Positions 36,593 to 44,430 of a DNA stretch of 44,430 bases are shown here, one piece after another. The position numbers and the translations under genes were made by a program. Every line of letters begins with the position of its first letter. Position 1 is the stretch's first letter. The notes beneath the pieces are model-generated. The model did not search any database, was not told the DNA's origin, and saw only the letters and a list, made by a program, of their open reading frames with translations. This DNA is from a virus (taxonomy: Duplodnaviria; Caudoviricetes): IMG/VR virus record IMGVR_UViG_3300008255_000030, positions 1-44,430 of that record; one strand, written 5' to 3'.

Positions 36593-37330
36593 ATGGGTTA
36601 CGAAAAAGTGTTAATGTTTGGAGACATTCACGCCCCATTTCACGATGAAGCGGCGTTATCCTCCTTACTATCTTTTAGCAAATGGTTCAAACCAGACACT
36701 ATATTTATAATGGGTGACCTAATTGATTTTTATGCCATATCAAGATTTACTAAAGACCCAGAGCGTGCTTTAAAATTACAAGAGGAAATAGATGAGGCTA
36801 TTAATATTTTAAAACAAGTTAGAAAAGTAAATCCTAGTGCCAAGATAGCACTTATCAGGGGAAACCATTGTTATCGTTTACAAAAATATTTATGGAGTGA
36901 GGCTAAGGAGCTGTCTAGTTTAAGAGATCTGACAGTTGAAAGCCTATTACGCCTTAGACACCTAAATATTAAATATGAATCTAAAGGGCGGTTAGTCCAT
37001 AAGGGAGTAATATTTAAGCATGGAGATATTGTCAGGAAATTTTCAGGTTATTCCGCTAAAGGAGAATTTGAAAAGTCCGGTATGTCTGGAATTAGCGGAC
37101 ACACCCACCGAGCCGCAACTTATTATCATAACAATGCTTCTGGTAATTATGTATGGATGGAAACTGGCTGTCTTTGTAAACTTGATGCCGAATATTTAGA
37201 AGGAGAAACCCCTAATTGGGTACAGGGTTTTGGAGTCGCCTACTTTAGTTTAAAATCATCAAGATATTTTATGGAATTTATCCCCTTTGTAGGGGGTAAA
37301 GCATTTTATCAAGGTAAAGAATTTGTATGA
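36593..37330 (+). CDS. Calcineurin-like metallophosphoesterase
   Basis: DIH, GDLID, GNH, HG and GHTH motifs. Confidence 0.9.
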   Translation: MGYEKVLMFGDIHAPFHDEAALSSLLSFSKWFKPDTIFIMGDLIDFYAISRFTKDPERALKLQEEIDEAINILKQVRKVNPSAKIALIRGNHCYRLQKYLWSEAKELSSLRDLTVESLLRLRHLNIKYESKGRLVHKGVIFKHGDIVRKFSGYSAKGEFEKSGMSGISGHTHRAATYYHNNASGNYVWMETGCLCKLDAEYLEGETPNWVQGFGVAYFSLKSSRYFMEFIPFVGGKAFYQGKEFV

Positions 37331-38115
37331 AACACAAAACACTACATGAACTTTTAAGCATTCAATCAGGAAGTATCAATAATCTTTTTTCTTATAAAGC
37401 TAAATCTTATAAGGGAGCTTTATTACAGGTTAATAAAGATTTTAAAGAATATCTGAAAGCTAAATTTATTCAACAAATCCCTTTTGACCTAAGACCCAGA
37501 GAAAAGAGAAAACAATTTTTCTATTTCGTTACTAGAGAAGGAGCAAAATCTATTGACCGCTTAGAAGATTTTAAACAGAAAATTACCAAGTCATTAAATA
37601 ACGCCGAACACGAATCAATGAAGTTTGACATAGCTTTATCTTTTACAAGAAACTTTCCTAATTATGAATTTAGTTTTAACTACAAGGCAGACTTGGGTGG
37701 ATTAAAACCTGATATTTTAGTGGAAGCTAAAAACATTTTTGATCACACCAAATATACCTTCTTAGTAGAGATAGAACGAAAGAAAGAAATGACCCGTATT
37801 TACAGGGATAAGATTTACAAGTATAATAAGTTTATTAAAAACGGATTATTTACCAAGCACATATTTTATAAGCCTAAGATTTTATTTGTTTGTTCTAATC
37901 TCCGTTATGACCCATATCTAAGACCGCAGAATTATAACCAACCAGAAGTCAAAACTCAAATCGCAATGCTGTATAAACAGTTTAACTACTTCTTAAATGT
38001 AATTAAATCAGAGAGCAACAAGTATTATCGTTTTATCCCTTTTCCAGAATTTACCAAGATACACGAGGAGATATGGAGAATACCGAGTGGAGATAGAGTT
38101 AAAATCATAGATTAA
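37327..38115 (+). CDS. Second Replic_Relax-like protein
   Basis: FYFVTREGA (wHTH wing), NAEHE, LKPDIL...FLVEIER, K..KY, ILFVC. Confidence 0.75.
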   Translation: MKHKTLHELLSIQSGSINNLFSYKAKSYKGALLQVNKDFKEYLKAKFIQQIPFDLRPREKRKQFFYFVTREGAKSIDRLEDFKQKITKSLNNAEHESMKFDIALSFTRNFPNYEFSFNYKADLGGLKPDILVEAKNIFDHTKYTFLVEIERKKEMTRIYRDKIYKYNKFIKNGLFTKHIFYKPKILFVCSNLRYDPYLRPQNYNQPEVKTQIAMLYKQFNYFLNVIKSESNKYYRFIPFPEFTKIHEEIWRIPSGDRVKIID

Positions 38116-38156
38116 AATAATTTTGTTAATTAACAAATCCTCTAGTGGTAGTGTTT

Positions 38157-38296
38157 TAGGGGATAAGACAAGTGAGGATGAAGGCCAACAAAAAGCCTAA
38201 TTCTCCTTTCGGTCAAGCCATTGGCGGATAGCCGTAGTGTCAAAATTTATTTGACTATGAAAGCATCTAGCAAAACCGACGGCTTGTCTTTCCCTA
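38157..38296 (+). promoter_or_regulatory. Long stem-loop upstream of ardC (ssDNA-promoter/Frpo-like candidate)
   Basis: TAGGGGATAAGACAAGT pairs with GCTTGTCTTTCCCTA; internal GTCAAA/TTTGAC hairpin. Confidence 0.5.
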
Positions 38297-38328
38297 TAAC
38301 ATTATCACTAACAAAAACGAGGTTAAAA

Positions 38329-39114
38329 ATGAACGCAAAAGTCCAGTCCGTTCTTAATACTATTCTTGACCAGTTTAAGAATAGCGAACAAATCCCACAG
38401 GCAATAGCCTTAATTACTTACCCCACCGCTAATCTCCCGATGTACAAATGGTCGCTTCTCAATCAACTTATTTGCTACTTTACAGGTATGACCGACTTCC
38501 GAGGTTATCGCCAATGGGAGGAAGTAAAACGCCATGTAATGAAAGGCGAAAAAGGAACTCACATCTTAGTCCCTTGGATAAAAAAAGATGAGGAAGAAAA
38601 ACCAACCTTAGCAGGTTTTATGACCGCTTCTGTTTTTGGAGTAGAACAAACAGACGGAGATCCGCTTGAATATCAGCAGTTAGAACTCCCCCCTTTCCCT
38701 TTAATAGAAAGAGCTAAAGAGTTGGGTGTAGATATAACTGCTATTCCGGGAAGTTATGAACATTACGGTTATTACTCCCCTACTAAAAAAGTAATTGCTC
38801 TAGCCAGTCCAGAGGAATGTGTGTTTTTTCATGAGGTGAGCCATTTAGCACAGCACAGGCTATTTGGTGAACTTAAAAAAGGGCAAGACCCACTTCAAGA
38901 AATATCCGCTGAATTATCCGCATTAACAATCGGATATATTTTAGGAAAAGACGGAAGGAAATATATCGGTAATTCTTATAGGTATATTGAAAAATATTCT
39001 AAGAAGTTAGACACAACGCCTTATGGAGCAGTCCTTAAGGTTTTATCACGCACAGAAAAAATCTTAAACTTTTTACTGAAGGAGGAAAAAGATGCAGTCT
39101 TACAAGCAAGTTAA
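38329..39114 (+). CDS. ardC: ArdC-like antirestriction ssDNA-binding protein with zincin domain
   Basis: WSLLNQ, FRGYRQW....R.V.KGEKG..I..P, VF..EQTDG, HEVSH (HExxH), E..AE; SD GAGG before ATG at 38329. Confidence 0.85.
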   Translation: MNAKVQSVLNTILDQFKNSEQIPQAIALITYPTANLPMYKWSLLNQLICYFTGMTDFRGYRQWEEVKRHVMKGEKGTHILVPWIKKDEEEKPTLAGFMTASVFGVEQTDGDPLEYQQLELPPFPLIERAKELGVDITAIPGSYEHYGYYSPTKKVIALASPEECVFFHEVSHLAQHRLFGELKKGQDPLQEISAELSALTIGYILGKDGRKYIGNSYRYIEKYSKKLDTTPYGAVLKVLSRTEKILNFLLKEEKDAVLQAS

Positions 39115-39271
39115 ACTAATAGTCCGCAAACCAATGGATTATAAACTTATTCCTAAAGATGAACGCCAACGAGTCAGCAAACTTCTTACCGATGAAGTAT
39201 TAGAATTAGCCAACAGATTTGACGGTTCTTCTAAAATCAAAATAAAGATTTACGCTAGAGGAAATGCGTAG
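39092..39271 (+). CDS. Small hypothetical protein (59 aa)
   Basis: SD AGGAGG; MQSYKQVKLIVRKPMDYK... Confidence 0.65.
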   Translation: MQSYKQVKLIVRKPMDYKLIPKDERQRVSKLLTDEVLELANRFDGSSKIKIKIYARGNA

Positions 39272-39280
39272 GAGGTAAAA

Positions 39281-39505
39281 ATGTATAGTCCTAAAATAAG
39301 TGAACAGCTTATCCCTGTAATATACAGGATAGCTCAAACTGAAAAAAGACCGATGACACAAGTTGTCAATGATATATTATCTGACTTTCTTATAAAATAT
39401 TATTGTCAGTCCTGTAATAAAGAAATCTTACTTGAAGAAAAATCTAATACAGGATATTGTGAAGATTGCGAATCAGAAGTTTTTTTGAAAGCCACTACAT
39501 CATAG
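39281..39505 (+). CDS. RHH-like + zinc-ribbon protein
   Basis: MYSPKISEQLIPVIYRIA....PMTQVVN.IL, CQSC, CEDC; SD AGGAGG. Confidence 0.7.
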   Translation: MYSPKISEQLIPVIYRIAQTEKRPMTQVVNDILSDFLIKYYCQSCNKEILLEEKSNTGYCEDCESEVFLKATTS

Positions 39506-39515
39506 TGGCTTTTTT
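39488..39515 (+). terminator. Intrinsic terminator
   Basis: AAAGCCACTA-CATCA-TAGTGGCTTT followed by a T-run. Confidence 0.85.
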
Positions 39516-39517
39516 AT

Positions 39518-39580
39518 TGTGGATAACTAAAGTTCAATTAAAAGATTTTATTTTATTTCGTTTACTATGGTTGTGGATAA
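39518..39580 (-). promoter_or_regulatory. Two perfect DnaA boxes (TTATCCACA)
   Basis: TGTGGATAA at 39518-26 and 39572-80, in an AT-rich intergenic region. Confidence 0.6.
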
Positions 39581-39636
39581 CTTTATGTTATACTAATATT
39601 AGCCTATTTTAAGCTATTTTATTGTATGAATACATA

Positions 39637-39665
39637 TTGACTTATTAGTTTTGCTATGATATTAT
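39637..39665 (+). promoter_or_regulatory. Putative early promoter
   Basis: TTGACT-17nt-TATTAT with a TG extension. Confidence 0.6.
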
Positions 39666-39762
39666 ATATACAGATACCAAGGGGGCAGATAGATGTAAGT
39701 CAAAATAAATAAAGACGATAAAATCTATTCTCCCCCTTCGTCCTCTCTAAATAAATAAAAAT

Positions 39763-39852
39763 ATGAAAAAAGAATTTTCAATTAAAACACAGATAGCAAT
39801 AGTCGTAGCTATTTGGCTACCAATACTATACTTTATTTCTTTACAATTATAA
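39763..39852 (+). CDS. Small membrane peptide (29 aa)
   Basis: MKKEFSIKTQIAIVVAIWLPILYFISLQL; 1 nt to the next gene. Confidence 0.55.
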   Translation: MKKEFSIKTQIAIVVAIWLPILYFISLQL

Positions 39853-39853
39853 T

Positions 39854-40102
39854 ATGAAATATATATCAGAATGCTGTAAAGCAGAAGCAATAATAAGAAA
39901 CAATGATACATCGCTATGCTCTAAGTGCCACGAAGAATGTGATGTATTAGATAGAAAAGAATTTAAACAAACATACGCTCAAAAAATATTTTCTTCTATA
40001 TATGCTAATCTCTACAACGCTGATAGCTTTATCAAATTACAACCAGTTAGCGATATTTATAGAAAGAATATAAAAATAGAAGATTTAGTAACACAGTATT
40101 AA
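39854..40102 (+). CDS. Zinc-binding small protein
   Basis: SECC.A...CSKCHEEC. Confidence 0.75.
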   Translation: MKYISECCKAEAIIRNNDTSLCSKCHEECDVLDRKEFKQTYAQKIFSSIYANLYNADSFIKLQPVSDIYRKNIKIEDLVTQY

Positions 40103-40103
40103 T

Positions 40104-40391
40104 ATGGAAAATAATCAAAGACTTAAAATATTAGCAGCCAAACTTTATCTAGTAGTTAGAACACCAGTCACTACCAAGATATTAGAAAAGATAACCGATA
40201 AGCAAATCAAAATGCTATCTATGATGATAGAAAATATCTTAACCCCCCACGAAAACGCATTTTATTATAAGTCAGAAGAAGAAAGCCGAAAAGTTATTTT
40301 ATCAATACTTGATTATGGAAAGTCAAAAATAAAACCGCCAGTTTATAGCGACAAGACAATTAATTACTTAAAAGCTAAAAATATAATATAA
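40104..40391 (+). CDS. Hypothetical protein
   Basis: Packed ORF. Confidence 0.7.
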   Translation: MENNQRLKILAAKLYLVVRTPVTTKILEKITDKQIKMLSMMIENILTPHENAFYYKSEEESRKVILSILDYGKSKIKPPVYSDKTINYLKAKNII

Positions 40392-40396
40392 ATTAT

Positions 40397-40831
40397 ATGA
40401 ATAAATTATTAGAGTTTCAAAAAAAGGTCGGAGCAATTAGTAAAGACAGCCAAAATCCTTTTTTCAAATCAAACTATTTTGACATTAACAAATTGATCGA
40501 GGTTATAAAGCCAATTCTTAACGAGTTAGGTTTAGTACTCTTACAGCCACTTGAAAACCTAAATGGAAAACCAGCCCTAAGAACTATTGTTTACGACCCA
40601 GATGCTAAGGATATGACTTTAGCTTATCTAATGGATTCAACAATTCCATTGCCAGAAAACCCCGACCCTCAAAAAATGGGAAGCATTATAACCTATTACC
40701 GAAGATACGCTATTCAGTCTTTATTATTCTTACAAGCCGAAGATACAGACGGAGAAATAGGACAGAATAAAAATGTCGGTCAAATTGGTTTAGCCCCAAC
40801 TCCAGTAAAACGAAATCCTTACAGCTTATAA
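40397..40831 (+). CDS. erf: ERF-family single-strand annealing protein
   Basis: KDSQNPFFKSNY...PQKMGS.ITY.RRY..QSL..L..ED.DG. Confidence 0.9.
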   Translation: MNKLLEFQKKVGAISKDSQNPFFKSNYFDINKLIEVIKPILNELGLVLLQPLENLNGKPALRTIVYDPDAKDMTLAYLMDSTIPLPENPDPQKMGSIITYYRRYAIQSLLFLQAEDTDGEIGQNKNVGQIGLAPTPVKRNPYSL

Positions 40832-40856
40832 AATCTAATTAACTAATTATAAAAAT

Positions 40857-41222
40857 ATGTCAGAAAAAATCTTTGCTAACGGTCTATCTTTTAAAAGACC
40901 TAATGAGAAAGCCCCTGAGTTTGTTAAGGGTAATTTATCAATTAAGACAGATGATTTTATCACTTTCTTAAAAGCTAATACAGTTAATGGTTGGGTAAAC
41001 TTAGATTTGAAAGAATCGCAAGGTGGCAAACTTTATTTTGAATTAAATACTTGGAAGCCTCAAGATAAGTTTGTTAAGAAAGACGGAAAAATAGCAGTTG
41101 AAGAACTACCGACCATTGAACAAGAATACCCCACCAATATAGATGAACAACCAGAAACATTAAATGGCTATCCTAAGAACGAAGAAAAAGAGGAGATAAA
41201 AGTTGAAAACATTCCTTTCTAA
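40857..41222 (+). CDS. SSB-like protein
   Basis: Follows ERF; beta-rich N-terminus and acidic tail ending IPF. Confidence 0.65.
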   Translation: MSEKIFANGLSFKRPNEKAPEFVKGNLSIKTDDFITFLKANTVNGWVNLDLKESQGGKLYFELNTWKPQDKFVKKDGKIAVEELPTIEQEYPTNIDEQPETLNGYPKNEEKEEIKVENIPF

Positions 41223-41302
41223 TTTTCAAGTTATTTGTTAGGTAGTATTTCAGATGAACGGAATCCACATTTGAAATACTGCTTATAGAGTTAATTTACT
41301 AT

Positions 41303-41539
41303 ATGAAAAAAAATAAAGACTTATATTTTGTCCCATTGGGATTTGATGACGAGGGTAAGATACAAAGAGCTGTTATGTCTAAAATAGAAAATGGAGATGC
41401 TATTACAGGTTACTTGCTTAATAAGGAACAGTTATTAGAACGGGTTAAGCAAGATTTAGTTGAGAACGGTGTTGAAGTATATAAATTTTCAGCTAAAGGA
41501 AAAGTGTTTAAGAAGATTGAACTTAAAATGTATAATTGA
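41303..41539 (+). CDS. Hypothetical protein
   Basis: ORF. Confidence 0.65.
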   Translation: MKKNKDLYFVPLGFDDEGKIQRAVMSKIENGDAITGYLLNKEQLLERVKQDLVENGVEVYKFSAKGKVFKKIELKMYN

Positions 41540-41570
41540 CCAGTCCTTAATGAAATCAAGTTAATCAAAT

Positions 41571-41918
41571 ATGATTTTAATCTGCTCCCTATATTTCGCA
41601 AGCTGGCTGTGCCTAAAAACTCCTCCCGTGATACCACCTAAGCTTTATGAATGCGTTGAAGCCCGTATCACCTGCTACGCTCCCACTGGCTATAATATGG
41701 CGAACACTAAACCTCCTAAAAATGGTTGGGTAGCAGTAAGTGATAGAACAATTCCCTTTGATACAAAAATTGAGGTAAGAGGTAAAGAGTATAAGGTCGG
41801 AGATAGAACTGCAAAATGGGTTCACGAAAAGCACGTCTTAACAATAGATATATTTATGGAGTCCGGTTGCGATATGACTTTCGGTGCTAAGAGAGAGTTA
41901 GTTAAGATTTATAGATAG
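41571..41918 (+). CDS. 3D-domain (MltA-like) protein
   Basis: ITCY...MAN...VAVSD..IPF.TKI.V.G..Y.V.DR...IDIFM. Confidence 0.8.
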   Translation: MILICSLYFASWLCLKTPPVIPPKLYECVEARITCYAPTGYNMANTKPPKNGWVAVSDRTIPFDTKIEVRGKEYKVGDRTAKWVHEKHVLTIDIFMESGCDMTFGAKRELVKIYR

Positions 41919-41964
41919 TTAGTAATTAAAATCCAGCACTTAAGCTGGGATAATGTGGAAATGT

Positions 41965-42123
41965 ATGAGAGAAAAGAAAAAAGATTTTATAACGTTTGAA
42001 AATAGTAAAGTTTTCTTAAATACTGGCTCTTCAAAAATAGATACTACAATGGTTTTTAAAATAGGGTTAGCTGTTGGTAGTAAAAACTTTGAAGATGTAG
42101 AATATTTAAAAATTAGTAAATAA
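41965..42123 (+). CDS. Small protein (52 aa), paralog of 4906..5055
   Basis: MREKKKDFITFENSKVFLNTGSSKIDTTMVFKIGLAVGSKNF. Confidence 0.75.
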   Translation: MREKKKDFITFENSKVFLNTGSSKIDTTMVFKIGLAVGSKNFEDVEYLKISK

Positions 42124-42127
42124 AAAT

Positions 42128-42334
42128 ATGAAAAAAGAAATGAAACTTAAAATATTGTTTAGAATACCTTTTACTATTTATTTCTTAGCTTTGGCGGAGT
42201 TAAGAGATTACGAAAGTTTTAAAAAGAAAAAGTTTTTATGTATAGCTGTTAAAGAATTTCTTGATTATAAACACAAAACAAATTACTACTTTACTGAAAT
42301 TTCAAGACATAAACATATAGAGCAATTACACTAA
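42128..42334 (+). CDS. Hypothetical protein
   Basis: ORF; LFRIPFT motif. Confidence 0.6.
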   Translation: MKKEMKLKILFRIPFTIYFLALAELRDYESFKKKKFLCIAVKEFLDYKHKTNYYFTEISRHKHIEQLH

Positions 42335-42382
42335 CTACCCCCCCCCTCTCAAGCAGGGATTAAATAATAATATATAAAGAGT

Positions 42383-42799
42383 ATGAAGAAATTTTTACAA
42401 CCAATTATACAATTTTGTATAATAATATTTATTGGAGCAATTACTATTTTAGGAACATCATATTTTGTTAATAAATGGGAAAAACCAGATGTAATTATTC
42501 AGAAAGAAATTATTAAATATAAAGCTATTTGTTATCAAGATAATCAATTTCCTCCTTGTAAATTATCCGTATTTATAAAAAGGGATGATAAACAAGAAAC
42601 ATTAGGTATCCCTAATTTTAATGAGTATTTATTAGACGGAAAATTTTGTTCTGAACTTCCTGAAAAATACCAAACGATTTATAATTTTGAAAATGGAAGT
42701 GTGTTTTTAGAAATGTATAAATTGCCTTGGACTAAATCTGATAATTTTACAAGAAAAGGTTGGCCGAAAGAAACCTTTAATTTAGAAATGATTAACTAA
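42383..42799 (+). CDS. Membrane-anchored hypothetical protein
   Basis: N-terminal TM helix. Confidence 0.7.
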   Translation: MKKFLQPIIQFCIIIFIGAITILGTSYFVNKWEKPDVIIQKEIIKYKAICYQDNQFPPCKLSVFIKRDDKQETLGIPNFNEYLLDGKFCSELPEKYQTIYNFENGSVFLEMYKLPWTKSDNFTRKGWPKETFNLEMIN

Positions 42800-42834
42800 C
42801 CCCCACTATAAGTTAATACTTAGGGGAAATATGT

Positions 42835-43104
42835 ATGAAGATAAGTGAAATTTTAGAAGGTATACAATGCGAAACCTGCTCAGAAGAAAGAACTTTTGGA
42901 AACCCACCAAATGATGACGCAGATAATAAATATATTTATCTTGATTTATCTGGAGCTACAAGATGTTTTTGTAAGGAGCATATGAGCTATGGAAAACATA
43001 ATAGCGGAGCTTTATTAAGTTATGGAGATGAACACGATTACCCTTGTTATGGAGCTAAACTAATAAGTGAAATAATTAAAGATAATCTAATTAACCCAGT
43101 ATAA
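42835..43104 (+). CDS. Zinc-binding hypothetical protein
   Basis: CETC...FCKEH. Confidence 0.7.
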   Translation: MKISEILEGIQCETCSEERTFGNPPNDDADNKYIYLDLSGATRCFCKEHMSYGKHNSGALLSYGDEHDYPCYGAKLISEIIKDNLINPV

Positions 43105-43226
43105 TACTGGAGAAATGTATATGAACAACTACCAACTATTCCAATTATCAATTATGTTTATGCCCTATCATTATTATATTTTAATGCCTGGAGGGTATAG
43201 TATTTAATAAATTAATTAGATAGTAT

Positions 43227-43481
43227 ATGAAAAAATTTCAATTTCATTCTAATATTTTAATAGCTTGTGATGGCTATGTATTAGCAAAAAATATTAAAGA
43301 TGCTAAAGATAAAATTAATGATTTTTCGATAGATTCTACTATCGGGATGAGTTATGTTGATACTAAAATATATGAAGTTATATCAGAAAAAAATAAATAT
43401 TTTGATAATGCTTGTTTCCCAAAAGATGATGAATTCAAGGAAGACAATTATAATGTAGTTTGTAATAATTATTTTAACTAA
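43227..43481 (+). CDS. Hypothetical protein
   Basis: V.AKN..DA..KI pattern. Confidence 0.65.
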   Translation: MKKFQFHSNILIACDGYVLAKNIKDAKDKINDFSIDSTIGMSYVDTKIYEVISEKNKYFDNACFPKDDEFKEDNYNVVCNNYFN

Positions 43482-43482
43482 T

Positions 43483-43800
43483 ATGCCACAACCAACAACA
43501 AATAACTTAGAGGGGTGGGAGGATGAGTTTGATAAGAAGTTTCAATTAATTCCAGATGGTATTAGACATATAAAATATCTTTTTAGGATTAATGAAGATA
43601 GTAGTTATAGTATAGCTATCCCAGAAAATATTAAACAATTCATCTCCGACCTCCGCAAACACGATATGGAGGAGTTGATTAAGAGGTTGCCTGAAAAAAC
43701 AGAATTTGCTAATGGCGAATTTCAAGCAATGGCCTGTGGTAGATTATTAACAAGTATTACAAAACTAATCAAAGACTACTATGAAACCAACAATAAATAA
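43483..43800 (+). CDS. Hypothetical protein, tandem paralog A
   Basis: PTTNNLEG...DLRKHD.E.LIK...IKDYY. Confidence 0.7.
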   Translation: MPQPTTNNLEGWEDEFDKKFQLIPDGIRHIKYLFRINEDSSYSIAIPENIKQFISDLRKHDMEELIKRLPEKTEFANGEFQAMACGRLLTSITKLIKDYYETNNK

Positions 43801-44056
43801 CTTAGAGGGGTTAAGAGAAAAACTAGATAAAATCTTATTAAAATATACCGCAACCGTTAATTCTGTTCCAACTATAAAAGGAATACCAATATACGAAAAA
43901 ATGATTGTTGATTTAATTGTTTTAATTCAAGACTTTCGGAAACAAGACTGCGAAAATATGATTAAACTGGTAGCAGAAAGAGAAGTATTTGAAGATGAAA
44001 AAAACAGAAAAGCTATTAAAGACTATTATAAAGAGGCTAATAACAGTATAATTTGA
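43781..44056 (+). CDS. Hypothetical protein, tandem paralog B
   Basis: PTINNLEG...DFRKQD.E.MIK...IKDYY. Confidence 0.7.
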   Translation: MKPTINNLEGLREKLDKILLKYTATVNSVPTIKGIPIYEKMIVDLIVLIQDFRKQDCENMIKLVAEREVFEDEKNRKAIKDYYKEANNSII

Positions 44057-44079
44057 GTATAATTATACTCTTAAATAAT

Positions 44080-44430
44080 ATGAAAAACTTTGAAAAAAAT
44101 GTGTTAGAAAAGTTAGATGAGATTATCTCGTTGTTAGGTAAAGAAGTAAGTGACGAGCCTAAGAAGTTAAAATTGGAAACCGAAAATTTAAAGATTAACT
44201 CCGACGGTTGGAAAAAAATAATTGTTGATGATAAAAAGTATTTAGAAAACCACGAGCAAGATGTTTGGGAATTATTAGACGGGGAATGTAAGGGCGAACA
44301 GTTATTTACTTATGATGCTGCGATGCGAGAAACTAAGAAGTTCGGTAAAACAATGCCTACTGATGAGCAGTTAGGTGAGTTATTAAAAGATAAAAGTGAT
44401 TTAGAAAATATTACTTTCCCAGGCTACCGC
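44080..44430 (+). CDS. 5' part of the junction-spanning 172-aa C-type-lectin-fold (Fib_succ_major-like) DGR-target-like protein; continues at 124-291
   Basis: ATG at 44080 (MKNFEKNVLEKLDEIISLLGKE...) is open to the window end and in frame with ORF 16..291. Confidence 0.85.
   Translation, partial: MKNFEKNVLEKLDEIISLLGKEVSDEPKKLKLETENLKINSDGWKKIIVDDKKYLENHEQDVWELLDGECKGEQLFTYDAAMRETKKFGKTMPTDEQLGELLKDKSDLENITFPGYR
44308..44430. repeat. Terminal direct repeat, copy 2
   Basis: Identical to 1-123; an ORF reads in frame across the junction. Confidence 0.97.

Noticed and set aside
2598-41834. Short antisense or nested track ORFs (e.g. 7112, 12214, 12754, 13472, 14841, 28818, 31090, 41613)
   Set aside because: They lie within well-supported + strand genes and show no motifs.
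44308-44430. 123-bp repeat as a biological terminal repeat or as the DGR template repeat
   Set aside because: It is an exact copy cutting through a gene and overlaps only 9 nt of the variable region; best explained as assembler circular overlap.
1-44430. CRISPR array, rRNA, IS transposase, reverse transcriptase, DNA polymerase, tape measure
   Set aside because: None of the diagnostic repeats or motifs were seen.

Overview
The window is a complete, circularly closed, AT-rich temperate phage genome. The first 123 bp are identical to the last 123 bp, giving a unit length of 44,307 bp, and almost all genes are on the + strand. The virion module (10.6-27.7 kb) is P22/podovirus-like: TerS, TerL, portal, scaffold, capsid, holin-like proteins, an M23 endolysin, adaptor, nozzle, and two ejection proteins, one with a lytic transglycosylase domain. 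A tyrosine integrase and Xis sit next to an intact attP that carries the 3' half of tRNA-Asp(GTC). ERF, an SSB-like protein, NinG, HNH proteins and many small early genes are present. I found no DNA polymerase, replicative helicase, CI repressor or reverse transcriptase. The unusual cargo is: (i) a plasmid/IME-like mobilisation kit spread over the genome (two Replic_Relax-like proteins, a TraD/VirD4-like ATPase operon, a degenerate primase-like protein, and ArdC behind a long stem-loop); (ii) an M.RsrI-like (GAATTC) methyltransferase coupled to a DUF559-nuclease/SF2-helicase fusion rather than a Type II enzyme; (iii) a DGR-type variable-region target gene with no template repeat or RT in the genome; (iv) a stand-alone NrdD glycyl-radical peptide; and (v) several structured intergenic RNA candidates. 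Core genes lack Shine-Dalgarno sites, as in Patescibacteria/CPR or Bacteroidota (host is an inference), whereas many cargo genes have strong SD sites. All family assignments come from motif recognition by eye, not from database searches.
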